Notes under the pieces: generated by a model | What the model saw: the letters and a program-made list of their open reading frames with translations, nothing else | Databases searched by the model: none | What the model was told of the DNA's origin: nothing | Shown: one piece after another, positions 1 to 10,812 of the stretch | Position numbering within the stretch: the first letter of the stretch is position 1 | How the letters are laid out: the number at the start of each line of letters is the position of its first letter | Origin: Basidiobolus meristosporus CBS 931.73 | Taxonomy: Eukaryota; Fungi; Basidiobolomycota | Reading direction: 5' to 3' | NCBI GenBank assembly: GCA_002104905.1 | Contig: MCFE01000265.1 | Coordinates: 1 to 64,000 of the forward strand | DNA length: 64,000 nt | Translations under genes and position numbers: made by a program

Positions 1-613
1 TAGTAACCATTTTTCACTGAGTTGCTTGAGCTATAAGACTTACAAACGGTACTATTTATATTCAAACTGTCAGAACCATGAAGGGCAGTCAGTAATTCCC
101 ACCTACTCTGACCAACCTCTTTGTTGATGTTTTGAAGCAAGCGCATAAATGCTTAGTGTGGTAGTATTAGCCACCTTCACCAATAACAGTCAGATATGCC
201 CATTATCTTGGGCTAAAGGCAGTCACCATATTTAGTTTGCAGTGGGAGTGTTCCCGATCAAATTCAGCAAAGGTGCTAGAGTGGTGGACGTAGAAGCCAT
301 TGATAGTGGAGATTTGCATTCTGGTAACTCCTGCACAGATTTAGAGTAGGTCAGGTGAACCACATGTACAAAATATACCGCTACTGTATTCTAATTCCTG
401 TACTCCCGATAGCATGAGATAATCCCTACCGTCAAGCACAAACAGCACAACGCTATTGGCATAATGCATTACGAACAGAGCTGTTTGCCCGTGCTTTATA
501 TTTATAAGGTTAATCAATCCTAATCTACCGGCCGAAATATTCTAACACCTCTCACCCTATTTCTTTCAACTAATTAATGTCGGATTATTCCATATCGAAC
601 CTTAAAAAAATTG

Positions 614-685
614 TGCCTACTGCCAGGATTGAACTGGCGACCTTCAGTTTACGAGACTGACGCGCTACCACTGCGCTAAGCAGGC
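614..685 (-). tRNA. tRNA-Thr(CGT), intronless
   Basis: Reverse complement GCCTGCTTAGCGCAGTGGTAGCGCGTCAGTCTCGTAAACTGAAGGTCGCCAGTTCAATCCTGGCAGTAGGCA folds as a cloverleaf: acceptor GCCTGCT/AGTAGGC, anticodon stem TCAGT/ACTGA with loop CT-CGT-AA, T-loop GTTCAAT; Pol III T7 terminator at 604-610. Confidence 0.95.
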
Positions 686-1678
686 GAATCTGCTTTTTTC
701 CTGTTATATAGTATCATAAGGGACCGGTAGGAAAAGAAACCAAAAACTTCGAAACCGTTTCCCATAACCCTAGCCTCGGATTTTTTTGTAGTATACACAG
801 TTTAGATGTAATATTTAAGATTCCCGAATACTACCTACAAATCCAATCGCAGCACTATTAGGATATCATATGGTTGGGTAGAACAATCACGAGGCTGCAA
901 TAAACTCTGATTCATTAGTAGTAAGTGCAACATCAGATAGTCCTTGGACATCCCTAAAAAAAGATGATTTGTACCTGTTTAGTAAAGTGCCAAGCAGTAT
1001 GTTGCTCTCACTCTTTGGGCAAGAAGGTCCATAATGTTACTCACAGTGACTGATTACCCAACCTATGTTTGAGGCACTCATTCTCTCTTACTCTCCCTCC
1101 ATCAACAGTCAAGATTATACTTACAACACATGTCAAGGTTAATACTAATCAGCACGTTTGTCAATCACATGATTCAAGACACAACTATATATTTAGTCCA
1201 ACAAAGATAACTTGTTCTGCATAAATGCCTTGTAATTTCATATTCATCACAAGAAAGAGGCCCAAGAAATTCATGTGTCATGCTAATTTGGAGTGCCAGG
1301 CGATTACTGATCAGAGAAAACCAATCTAATTGCCCATCTGATTGCCCTAATCCCAATTTGAATCTCGCGGTGATTTCAATTTTGAGCAAAGTCGGAAATG
1401 AAACACCACATGGTTTATGAGTCAGCAGAAATATTGGGCTCTCAACTTTGTTTATGCCTACATTCTTTAGTTGGATTAGCCATGAATCGAGAACCTATAA
1501 ATGGGCTGGTTATTTTTAATCGACGGAGTATATATTTGACGGTTTATTTTTAGATTTAGCCAAGATCCCCGTAATTGTCACTTGACAAAGAAATTTTTTG
1601 CTCCCGCCGGCAATATATAATAGACTGGATATTGAACACCCTCAATTATCCATTTACAGTTGTCTTGTTATATTCAAA

Positions 1679-2113
1679 ATGAAAAGCTTCTTTGCATACG
1701 CTTTGATCGCCCTGGGTGTCCAAGTCTCTGCTTTCCCTCACCCTGTGAGAATGTGTGGTGATTGGTCAGTCACTCTGCCAAATACCGAATCAACCTTCAC
1801 CTCCAATGAGCAAGTCACCCTTAGATGGGATACTCGTGATGCCAATGTTCAATACATAAGCTCAATTGGCCTCTTCAGCGCCAAAACCAACGAGTTTCTT
1901 CATACTCAGTTCCGCAGTTATCCTGGAGTGGATGCAACCGATGGTGAATTGACCTTTGCACTAACTGTGCCTCTTTGCTTACAAAGAGAGGGAGAGTATT
2001 ACCTCCAAGTATATGGCAGCACTCCTGCGGCTGACAGTGATTGTTCTCTTCGAACTCAGTCTTTCAAGTTGACCCCAGATCCTAGCGGGGACTATTCTGC
2101 ATGTTCTCTGTAG
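1679..2113 (+). CDS. Small secreted protein (144 aa, 4 Cys), probable Ig-like beta-sandwich resembling the Kre9/Knh1 N-terminal domain, no GPI tail
   Basis: ATG at 1679 gives signal peptide MKSFFAYALIALGVQVSA; TATATAA near 1614; alternating beta-strand pattern (VTLP..TF..VTLRWD; GEYYLQVY; QSFKL). Fold is inference. Confidence 0.8.
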   Translation: MKSFFAYALIALGVQVSAFPHPVRMCGDWSVTLPNTESTFTSNEQVTLRWDTRDANVQYISSIGLFSAKTNEFLHTQFRSYPGVDATDGELTFALTVPLCLQREGEYYLQVYGSTPAADSDCSLRTQSFKLTPDPSGDYSACSL

Positions 2114-4622
2114 GATACAACTTGTAAATATGAACATCAATGTACTATATAATGTCTGCCTAATAAATCATACACCCTTATCTTATTTGTGCCAAGCAAT
2201 CCCAAGTATCTTTCACCAGCAACACGAAGGTTAGTTACGTTATTGCTGGTGTTTTCTATCTGTTAGTATCGTATATTTTTCCGGTAGATTCCATTCAGGT
2301 TGAGATTCACCAAACCTAACTAAGCTAAGCTATGCAAATTACTATTACCTAGGTGATATTTGACAGGCCGTATAGTCTTACTACTATGTCCTTCAGCTCA
2401 GATATTGTGAAATCACTACACACTCCCGGACTCAACACAACTTACACTGCGATTGGCTCTTTCATCCATGAAAGTGGAGATCCATTGTAAGATCAGTGTG
2501 GCCAACGTGTTTGGGCTAGCAATCCAAAATCAGTAAATGTGTCTTTTCACTCTGCTTTTATTCTATGGTCAATTATTTCTTGCATCGTATTTGCTCATCG
2601 TATTCGCTTCTGTAGTTTCTTCTAATATGTAATCTAAAATCACTATAGCAACAACCGCAAGCATATCCAATAAGGACTCCTATCGATTCCACCAACAGGT
2701 GACCAGCCCCAGGATTCACTTCCAAACCAGACTCCGCATCAATTTTAACCATGTTCATTTACCGCTCCAATAAACTATGCATGGACAAGGTAGAAGAAAT
2801 ACAAATACACCCTGCGTATTCCTTTTCTTAACTAAATATCCCAACTTGGCGCTACCGGTTATCTGTTAATTATACCTTCCAGCCAATACACCATTTGCCA
2901 AGAAAACATGGTTTGATTCTCATTAACAGGTAAGAAAGCCTGCATAGTGTTGCACGGGAGTGAGGCGCCAATATCACACTCAGCCCAGCAAGGGTTGGAC
3001 CTGGCAGTAGTGACCCTGTAGTGCGGTAAGTTGTGTTAACGGTATATATCTTTACATGCGATCAACACTGAATGTACTCTCGTACCAGAGAACCTGAATA
3101 TCCCCAATACACTACGCAAATAATCAAGAATGCTAAATAGATTGGAACATATACTACCTAGTACTTTGCTCAACCCTAAGCAATATGTCGTTCGTGTCAG
3201 ATGTTCGCTTCCACAAGTCTGACACTAATTTAGTATTTACGAGACTGTCCAAAATATTTGAACTACCCACAGTTTCTAGTGTCGTCGTCGTACTGGCCAC
3301 CAAATCATGAATTAATCCTGATTATCTCCAATGGTTGCTTGCGTAAGCTTCATCCAGCGCCAACTGCAATGAAACGGACCCAGCAGTAATTTTCCAAAAC
3401 TGGGTGTTCACCACCTGGGCCACCCAGGCAATGAAGACCTCTAATAAATTGGACAACATCGCCTCTTTACAGGCGGTACTTCCTGGCATCAAGGCCAAGT
3501 CGGACAATGGATATTCGTTTCAGGAAACAAGTTTGAAGCAATATATCCGTTGAAACGAAGGATTAATTACATTTTACATATTCGATAAACAGTCAGCACT
3601 ATTCACACTTGATCCCACTCACTATACTAGGGTAATTTCCACCACTCTCCTGTTGCTCACAAGGATATCTTTGATGAATACTCGATGAACTCTCGTAACT
3701 GTAATACTGGAATCTTGGTTGGAGCGCCTGGTGGTAGAGCCATATTATTATCATATTAGATTATAGCCATACATATTATATGGGCTGTTATTTAGATGAT
3801 TTGCTGACCCTAAACTCATGGCTCCCAAACTGTTACGGTATTACACAATGGCAGGATTTGCTTGCAGCGTCCCTTCACCAAGAATGGGGCTTGTATATTG
3901 GATTCAGCTATTGAATAATGTAAAGAGCCGTGTCTGTAATACCTTGAAGCATGATGTGAATGGTAAAAGTCTGCACTGTACTCTCGATATGTATAAGGGT
4001 TGGTGCTAGTGCCGTCGTAGTTCCACAAGTGATTTGCTTCCTAGAATATTGCATGGTATATAGCCTCAAATGATACATTTTCAGTGTCCTAATGGCAGGA
4101 GCCAAGCCGTGAGGAGTGTCCAATACTTTCAATTCTGATCCGTGGAACAATCTAGCTATAAGAGTAACTTCCACTGAGACAGTGAGGGAAATTTGAACCT
4201 TCAGCACTGCCGTTTAACCGATTTAACCCAAATGCTACTGCTAATGGCAGACAAAAATAACCTGCCACTGGAAACACGGGGGAATTGATAATAGCCAAAG
4301 CATTGCCTGTGGGAACCCAAAGAACTATCGATGGTTAGTATGAGGAGAATATATGAATGGTATGGAATGTATACGTATGTTTAGAGTGATGATATATGGG
4401 GAGAATGTATAGATGCGGGATATCGATTGATCGTAGGGTTTGGAACACATATGTAAAATTGTCACGCAACAACCATGCGATTTCTAGCCATCTGATGAAG
4501 AGGCTGTCCATCCCAAACAACAATATGGTAGAAGATCCGGAACAAAGTCATGGATCAGAAACGTTTGAGGTTAAGCAAGATGCTTATATATTCAGTCTTC
4601 TCCACTTCATCTCGAAGCCTTA

Positions 4623-4977
4623 ATGTTTCGCACACTTTTAATCGCCCTGCTTATCACCGGCGTTCTTGGTGGTGGACAAGTCTGTGAGTATACATCAGAT
4701 GGAGCGATTTGCCAGGTCTCAAACTAATCCCAGTTGCTCGATAGACGTGTTGTACGAAGATGACTCGAACGAGATTCTTCATGGGAAATTTGGAAAATGC
4801 CACTCGATAGGTCGCAACCTCAAGTTTGCCAGCGTTACGACATATGGAAAAGGAGTGAACCTGTTCCCCAACAACAACTGCATCAACCGGGATGCCATCA
4901 GGCTGGACGATGAACGGTCGCGAAAAGAATTCGAGAAACCAGCATACATTGGCTCCTTGCAATATTTCGAAGTTTGA
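4623..4977 (+). CDS. Small secreted protein (97 aa), two exons 4623-4683 and 4745-4977; possible beta/gamma-crystallin-like fold
   Basis: Signal peptide MFRTLLIALLITGVLG; phase-1 intron 4684-4744 (GTGAGT..CTAAT..TAG) joins GQV-Y-VLYEDDSNEILHGKFGKCHSI...GSLQYFEV in frame; AATAAA near 4990; paralog at 8452-8918. Confidence 0.8.
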
Positions 4978-5058
4978 TTATTTAATTCCAATAAAAATGT
5001 ACAATAATTAACCCAGTTAATTTACAGTCCTTGGCAAGGATGGGGGACGTGGCAGTGC

Positions 5059-5418
5059 TTAGTTGATGTTGGGGAAGGTGAGTTGGCCATTAGGATTCTT
5101 CTGTACTTTGATGGTGTCCACAATATGCTTCCGTTTGAGCTCACCGTAGTAGCATGGCATAACATCCGTTTCATCCTCCAGCGTTACTTCTCTCCATTGG
5201 ATATCTTCTGCTATCCATTCGTAATCGATCTTCAACAATAGGAGTTCACGGAACACGCTGTACATATTCCGAACAATCATCGGAATTTGTTCAGCCCTCG
5301 CGAGTAGAATGTATCCTGAAAGGACATCATAGCCAGTGGGGGAGATGGTCTCGTTACAGTCTTCGGACTCTGGCATATAGCCAGGGAATACAACTTTGTA
5401 TACGGTGGTGGTTGTCAT
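5059..5418 (-). CDS. Hypothetical protein (119 aa, MTTTTVYKVVFPGY...)
   Basis: Intact ORF from ATG 5418; TATATAAA about 60 nt upstream (~5473-5482); no recognisable domain. Confidence 0.55.
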   Translation of the reverse strand: MTTTTVYKVVFPGYMPESEDCNETISPTGYDVLSGYILLARAEQIPMIVRNMYSVFRELLLLKIDYEWIAEDIQWREVTLEDETDVMPCYYGELKRKHIVDTIKVQKNPNGQLTFPNIN

Positions 5419-6152
5419 ATTCGATAAGATGCTGATGGTGCGGTGAGTATCTGTGCACACTCAACTCCTGGCTTTATATATACATACGCCATACTCGTAT
5501 CTTCTCACACTATGCTGCTCTCAGCCCAACACTGTGCTCAATAAACTTGAACGAGAAAGTTACCAAACGCGCATTTACTACGATGAGCCATTCCACTGGT
5601 CTCTCCGAGTGTGTGACCAAGCGTCGACCATTGGTCGCTGGCATTCAGCAAGGCCATGTAACGATAGTCACGTCGAAAACTCCAACGGCAAAGCGTGAGC
5701 AATTGGTGAGTACTGTAGCATTTCATTCACATGATGCATTTGGTCAGACGAATGGTGGACCCCAGATAAGCAGGCTTGAGAATCGCTGGCCAGTATAACC
5801 AACATTCGTGGAGAGGATTAACCAGTTTTTGTTTGCGTGATACCAGAGGATAGAATAGCTTTCCATTAACAAACAAACAAAATACCCTAAATGTAGATTG
5901 CGGAGGGGACACCAAACACACCTCTGTCCATTACAAATCAGAGCATTGGACATCTTGAAGGATGAGATTGAGTCACTGTCCCACGACCATTTATCCGATA
6001 CTGATTTCACGTTGGTCCTACGAGCAATCGCCAGTTCCCATCAGCTCTGCATTTGGATGCCAACCAGTTTCGAACAAAAATGTTTGGGATTTATTGAATA
6101 AATATGATATATATATGTGTGTGCGTATATATACTTTCTGCGTGGTAATTTT

Positions 6153-8020
6153 CTATTCAGTGATCTTGTCGACCTCCTCGCTCGCTTCTTGCCAGGCTTG
6201 CAGATTCTGTGGAAACAAGGGCTCAGTAAATACGAACGCCTGATCAGATCGTGGATAGCTTACTGTTTGGCACCACGCAAGGTGAGCCTTGGCGTAGTTC
6301 AAGAGGATTCCGCGCAGATCATACTCCTTTTGACGTTGGAAGAAGTCCAGGTTGAGTTGGATTTCGCTGGAGGTGCTGCTGAGGTCCTGGCTACATTCCT
6401 CTAGCTGATCCTCCAGCTATGATTGTGATTAGTGAGGGATTCGATGCCCATCAGATGCTGCACTTACCGATTCGATTTGATCGCGATTCTTGGTAATCTG
6501 AAGTCGACGAGTGGCCTCTGGGTCGTTGTCTACTATCCCATGGATTTTATGACTGATCTTGCCCAGAAAAGATCTGCGCTTGGTGACGGTGGAGGTTTCC
6601 CCAGCCGATGTACCATTGCTTCCGTTGCTCAAGTCCGTAACCTGCAGCTCTTCCACGCCATTCTCCAATTCGGGCACTTGATCTGTGGCCGCCAGTGAAT
6701 GGACCTCTGGGCCCTCCGGAGCGTCTGAGCTGCGCAGAACCTCCTCCAATCGCTTGCTCTCGGCTTCCGATTTTTCAAGCTCCTCCAGGGCAGCTTTTTT
6801 GTGCTTCAACGAGTCAATGATGCCTTCTAACTGAGTGTACTTCTTGCCGCGTGCTTTGAGGATCTTTCGAATGGTGACCGAGTATTGCTCGTACTCCTGC
6901 AGCGGCTCGTTGAATTCGTATTGGAGCGAGTTGGCCTGCGACGAAGGGTTAATTGGGCCCGGAGAACTCCCGATTTCGTGCACCTTACCAAAGTTTTGGT
7001 GGACAGGAACGATGAATCCACCGCCTGTCCGACCCTCTCGATTGCGCTGGCAAGCTCTTCGGACTCGTTTAGACTAACTGCGTTCAAGCAAGCACCAAAC
7101 TCGGAATAATCGGCGGCCAGATCTGCAAATTACACAAAGAGTGAATGAACCGTAGACCACTACCCCGTCACATAGAGGCCTTACCCCCAAGCTTCTTGGT
7201 CAGTTTCCGCTGCGCCTTCTCGGTGTTCGCGATGCTATGCTCGAACTTGCTGGTGTACGTTTCACATTCCTGGAAGCGCGGATCGGGTTTACGCAAGTCC
7301 TCCAAAGAGTCGGATAATCGTACGGTGGACTCGGAATTAGTGCGGCTATGCGACATGGCCGATGAAGTGGGGGAGTCGGCCTTTTTGGAGTTCGCTGCTG
7401 GTACGGATTGCACCACCTCAGACTAAAGTAGGCCCAGTTGCCCGGTTTAATAAAGTGCCCAGTTTAACCGAAAAAATGTGAACACTCCTTACCCAAGGCA
7501 AGTCCTCGAAGAACCGGTGAAAGATATGCTCCTTGGATAGTACGAAGTGCATGGAGATACGTTTCAGGAAGCTTTGCAGCATGCGCTTACGCTTCTGTAT
7601 CATGAGGACGTCATTTTTGGCTCGGTTCTGCTTGGTAGCGTATTGAGCTAAAAGATTTCCCGGCAAGGGAAGAGGGAGAAGGTTAAGAGAATGGCCAAGG
7701 ACGATGGAAATATCTGTGGTAAGTGCTCTTCCTACCGAGCGAAGTCTTTTCTGGTAGTGGTGGAATGATACAGCTAGGGTGCAGCTTCAACAGAGTACTG
7801 CGTAACGATTCAAACTCCGAGTACCGTCTTTTCACTTCTACATCCTGATTAAGAGTTAGAGAGTATCAGCTGAAAATGTTCCGGCGTCTCTTACTTCTAT
7901 TTTTATCTTATAAACAATAAAGGAATGAGCCCCTTCACTCATTTTGTCCGAGTCCAAGATCTGAATTTCATGCTCGGCTAGTAGCTTCTCAATTCTACAA
8001 CAAGGTTCTTGGGCTTCCAT
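6153..8020 (-). CDS. SNX41: Sorting nexin, Snx41/Atg20-like (PX + BAR), seven short introns
   Basis: Manual splicing gives the PX domain (IVYKIKIE|[44 protein letters not shown]) and BAR helices ([16 protein letters not shown]; [12 protein letters not shown]; [16 protein letters not shown]; AWQEASEEV). Intron 1 = 7845-7894; stop at 6153-6155. Confidence 0.85.
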
Positions 8021-8451
8021 CTTGTGTGATGTAGAGGTGTGGCTTGAATGCAGGGTGTGCGGTATATAAGGTCCAAAAAACGTGAAAACGATAATGTATA
8101 GCAAGACGAGGGATCAAGTCACTTTCTACCAAACACCCATTGTGTCGCCATCAACTATCGAGGATTTCACCGCGACGTGTACCACCCCCATGGCCCAATC
8201 ATATTGCTGCTGCTGTTCAACTCTCGCCCAAGACAAAAATCCCTTTATCTTGATTAGAACACGATGAATGTGATTAAATGCCACGTGATGTGGCTTCATG
8301 TAAACCGCGCTAATGGTTTATTAATGTTGTAATAAAGGTGAAGAGAAGTTTAAGGAAACGGCCAGGTGCCTTGCCATATATCCAAGTCACGTAAATATAC
8401 TTAGAGATACCATAGATGGTGATGGGCAACTATTCTATTTGGTTAGCACTT

Positions 8452-8918
8452 TCAGTAAGTAGTAGGTTGAAATTGGGCAGGGGCTTGTGCAAAGACGTGA
8501 GGTTGAGCGTCGTATTCAGGCACACGGGTGGAGGAGTTCATCACCGAGATGTTTTCCCGAAAGTTGAAGAATCTCACGGAACCAACGTGACGAGGTGTGT
8601 CGAAATGTTTAGAATGTTGGTTATGACCAAAAGTGACCGCCTGACTTTGATCCTCGCAGTCTTCATCTGGATATATCACGAAACCACTGCTAAAGGTGGT
8701 GCGTGAGGCGAAAGTGATGGTTTTGCCATATTCGACACAGCCTTCGTCCGGTCCGTCGAGGTTTTCATTTTGACCATTTTCAAGTAGGAAGTCTAGCAAG
8801 TTCATAAACACTGTTAGCGAATCTCTTTTCCAAGAGGGGCCTGGGACAACTTACATGCTTGGCCTGCGAATACATTCGCTGCATAGGACAACAGTAAGGC
8901 GAGACCAAATTTATTCAT
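8452..8918 (-). CDS. Small secreted protein (134 aa), two exons 8918-8855 and 8792-8452; paralog of 4623-4977
   Basis: Signal peptide MNKFGLALLLSYAANVFA; phase-1 intron 8793-8854 (GTAAGT..GCTAAC..TAG) splits GQA-Y exactly as in the paralog; shared motif C..I.FAS.TT...G...(Y/F)P...C...F..P...GS..F. Confidence 0.85.
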
Positions 8919-9633
8919 GATGGTTCAAGAAAGCCAGCTGGGTAAGAGTATGAACATGGGATTTAAAACTGACCTGAACCTGAGGAATTGCAGAATTCCA
9001 TCGGCTACGCTGACTAATTAGGATCACTACGGCAGAGGAACGTTTACTACGCTGACATAATTTCGTCAATATGCTTGGCGTATTTGTTGATTCCTGGACA
9101 ATGGAATTGCGCAGTATCACTTCCGAAACAGATGTAGATGCGTATACCGATGCCGATACCGATACCAATAACAACGAATCAAGCTTATGTCTGTTTGGTT
9201 AAGTGCTTAGGCAACTTTATTATTGGAGTTCAGAAATATAAATGACCTGCATTTCGTTTGAAAGGGTTGGGCAATTGTCGATTAGTGTGAGGTAACGGAA
9301 ACTTCATCGTGTAGGAAATCCACCATGACTGGTTGGTCAACGCTGGTGAAAAAAACCAAACGAAACAATATATACATGTAGAACTCGGTAGTATCAAACT
9401 GCGGTTGAATTTTCAAGGAAATCTAGAGAATTTCTATGATACTCTTTCTTCAAATACTATCAAGGTTAATCAATAGTCGTTCTCAAGGGAAAGTACTAAT
9501 ACAAGTAGATGAACGTAGAGGCGGAGCTTGCGTGGTCCGCCAAAAATGGGGGTTTGTCTTCGGTACTGAAGCGCTCCCACCGGGAATAAAAGATAGAAAT
9601 CGGTCTACGATGATTGCGCAATGTGTGAGCCAC

Positions 9634-10812
9634 TTAGTTCTCTCCAACAACCTGCCTCTGCTTCTTCCAGTGCTTCCTTAGCTCCTTGAACTCCGAGGGC
9701 AGTCTCTTGACGCCGTGCTTCTGCATCATGACGTGCGCGTTTAGATGGTTTAAAGTGCCATAGCTTTTGGTGCATCCTTGGTAATTACAGCTATACAGGC
9801 GCTCAATCTCATCGAACTTTCTTCTTGGTCTCTTCTTTCCATTAACACCAGGCAAAGACACGAAGGAAAACATCTTCTTTCCATCTCGCTCATATTCTTC
9901 CGATCCATGGTATGGGTGTGAACCCTCACAATGATCTCCATGGTCACTGGCAGCATCGAACATGGAGGGGAGTGTGGGAAGAGAGGGCATTGCTGAAGAA
10001 CCTGCTGTGGGAGGGTAATACTGAGCTGAAGGATACCGCGATGTGATGGACGGCAGCAGCTTGCTCTCGGTTGCTGGGATGGCTTCGACAGCTCTATGAG
10101 TAGCCAATGCTTGATTACGTGAGCAATGACTGGTTGGCGATGGCACGCTGTCAACCGGAGAGATCTCGGATGAAAGCATGGATTGTTTAGGCGATTCGGT
10201 GAAGATGTTGCTCAGTGTCTCTGAGAGCGGCGGTAGCGATGGGGGAGGCGTCGAAATCTTTGAAGATGTATATGAAGGTGATCTACTCGCATCCCTACGC
10301 TGGGGTGGGCTTGAGCAAAAAACAGAGTTCTCAAGGTTGAGCCTGGGTAGGTTATAGGCGGTGTCCATTGATGCACTCCTCAAGGGGGACGGGTACTTCT
10401 TATCCCTAAGATCATATGAATCTACCGAGACGGAGTGGTGTTTTTCCCGAAACGAGGAATTCGGCGGATGAGGGCGGGTAACCTCGGCAAAATTTCCATA
10501 CGATACCGAGGTGGGACTTGACTCCAATATCTTTGGTGCAACGATGGGCTGTGAAGAAGTGCGTTGATTCTGGTCGTTGGAATTTAGCCCATCAACCTTA
10601 GAGAAGCTCACACCAGATTTAGAGGAGTTTAGAAAAGGGAGGTTTCCTGAGAATGAGTCAGGATAGGTGTGTTTTGGAAAATGCGAGCTGATGAAGTCAT
10701 GGTTGATTGACCGAGAATGCTGACCCTCGTGGGAAGCTGGTTGGTATGGAGGAGTGTTGTAGGTCATGCTGTGGTTGTGATTAGCGTAATTGTATTTGAC
10801 AGAGAGAGACAT
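9634..10812 (-). CDS. con7: Con7/RfeC-like C2H2 zinc-finger transcription factor (392 aa)
   Basis: C-terminal RRKFDEIERLYSCNYQGCTKSYGTLNHLNAHVMMQKHGVKRLPSEFKELRKHWKK is the Con7-family signature; Ser/Pro-rich disordered N-terminus; first true ATG at 10812 (the ORF track start is not ATG). Confidence 0.85.
   Translation of the reverse strand: MSLSVKYNYANHNHSMTYNTPPYQPASHEGQHSRSINHDFISSHFPKHTYPDSFSGNLPFLNSSKSGVSFSKVDGLNSNDQNQRTSSQPIVAPKILESSPTSVSYGNFAEVTRPHPPNSSFREKHHSVSVDSYDLRDKKYPSPLRSASMDTAYNLPRLNLENSVFCSSPPQRRDASRSPSYTSSKISTPPPSLPPLSETLSNIFTESPKQSMLSSEISPVDSVPSPTSHCSRNQALATHRAVEAIPATESKLLPSITSRYPSAQYYPPTAGSSAMPSLPTLPSMFDAASDHGDHCEGSHPYHGSEEYERDGKKMFSFVSLPGVNGKKRPRRKFDEIERLYSCNYQGCTKSYGTLNHLNAHVMMQKHGVKRLPSEFKELRKHWKKQRQVVGEN

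Noticed and set aside
900-1450. CpG-poor stretch with ORF 1174-1389, possible TE relic
   Set aside because: No identifiable transposase, RT or terminal repeats; cannot support a call.
2213-2251. Hairpin CACCAGCAA...TTGCTGGTG downstream of the first gene
   Set aside because: Single short stem with no snoRNA boxes or other support.
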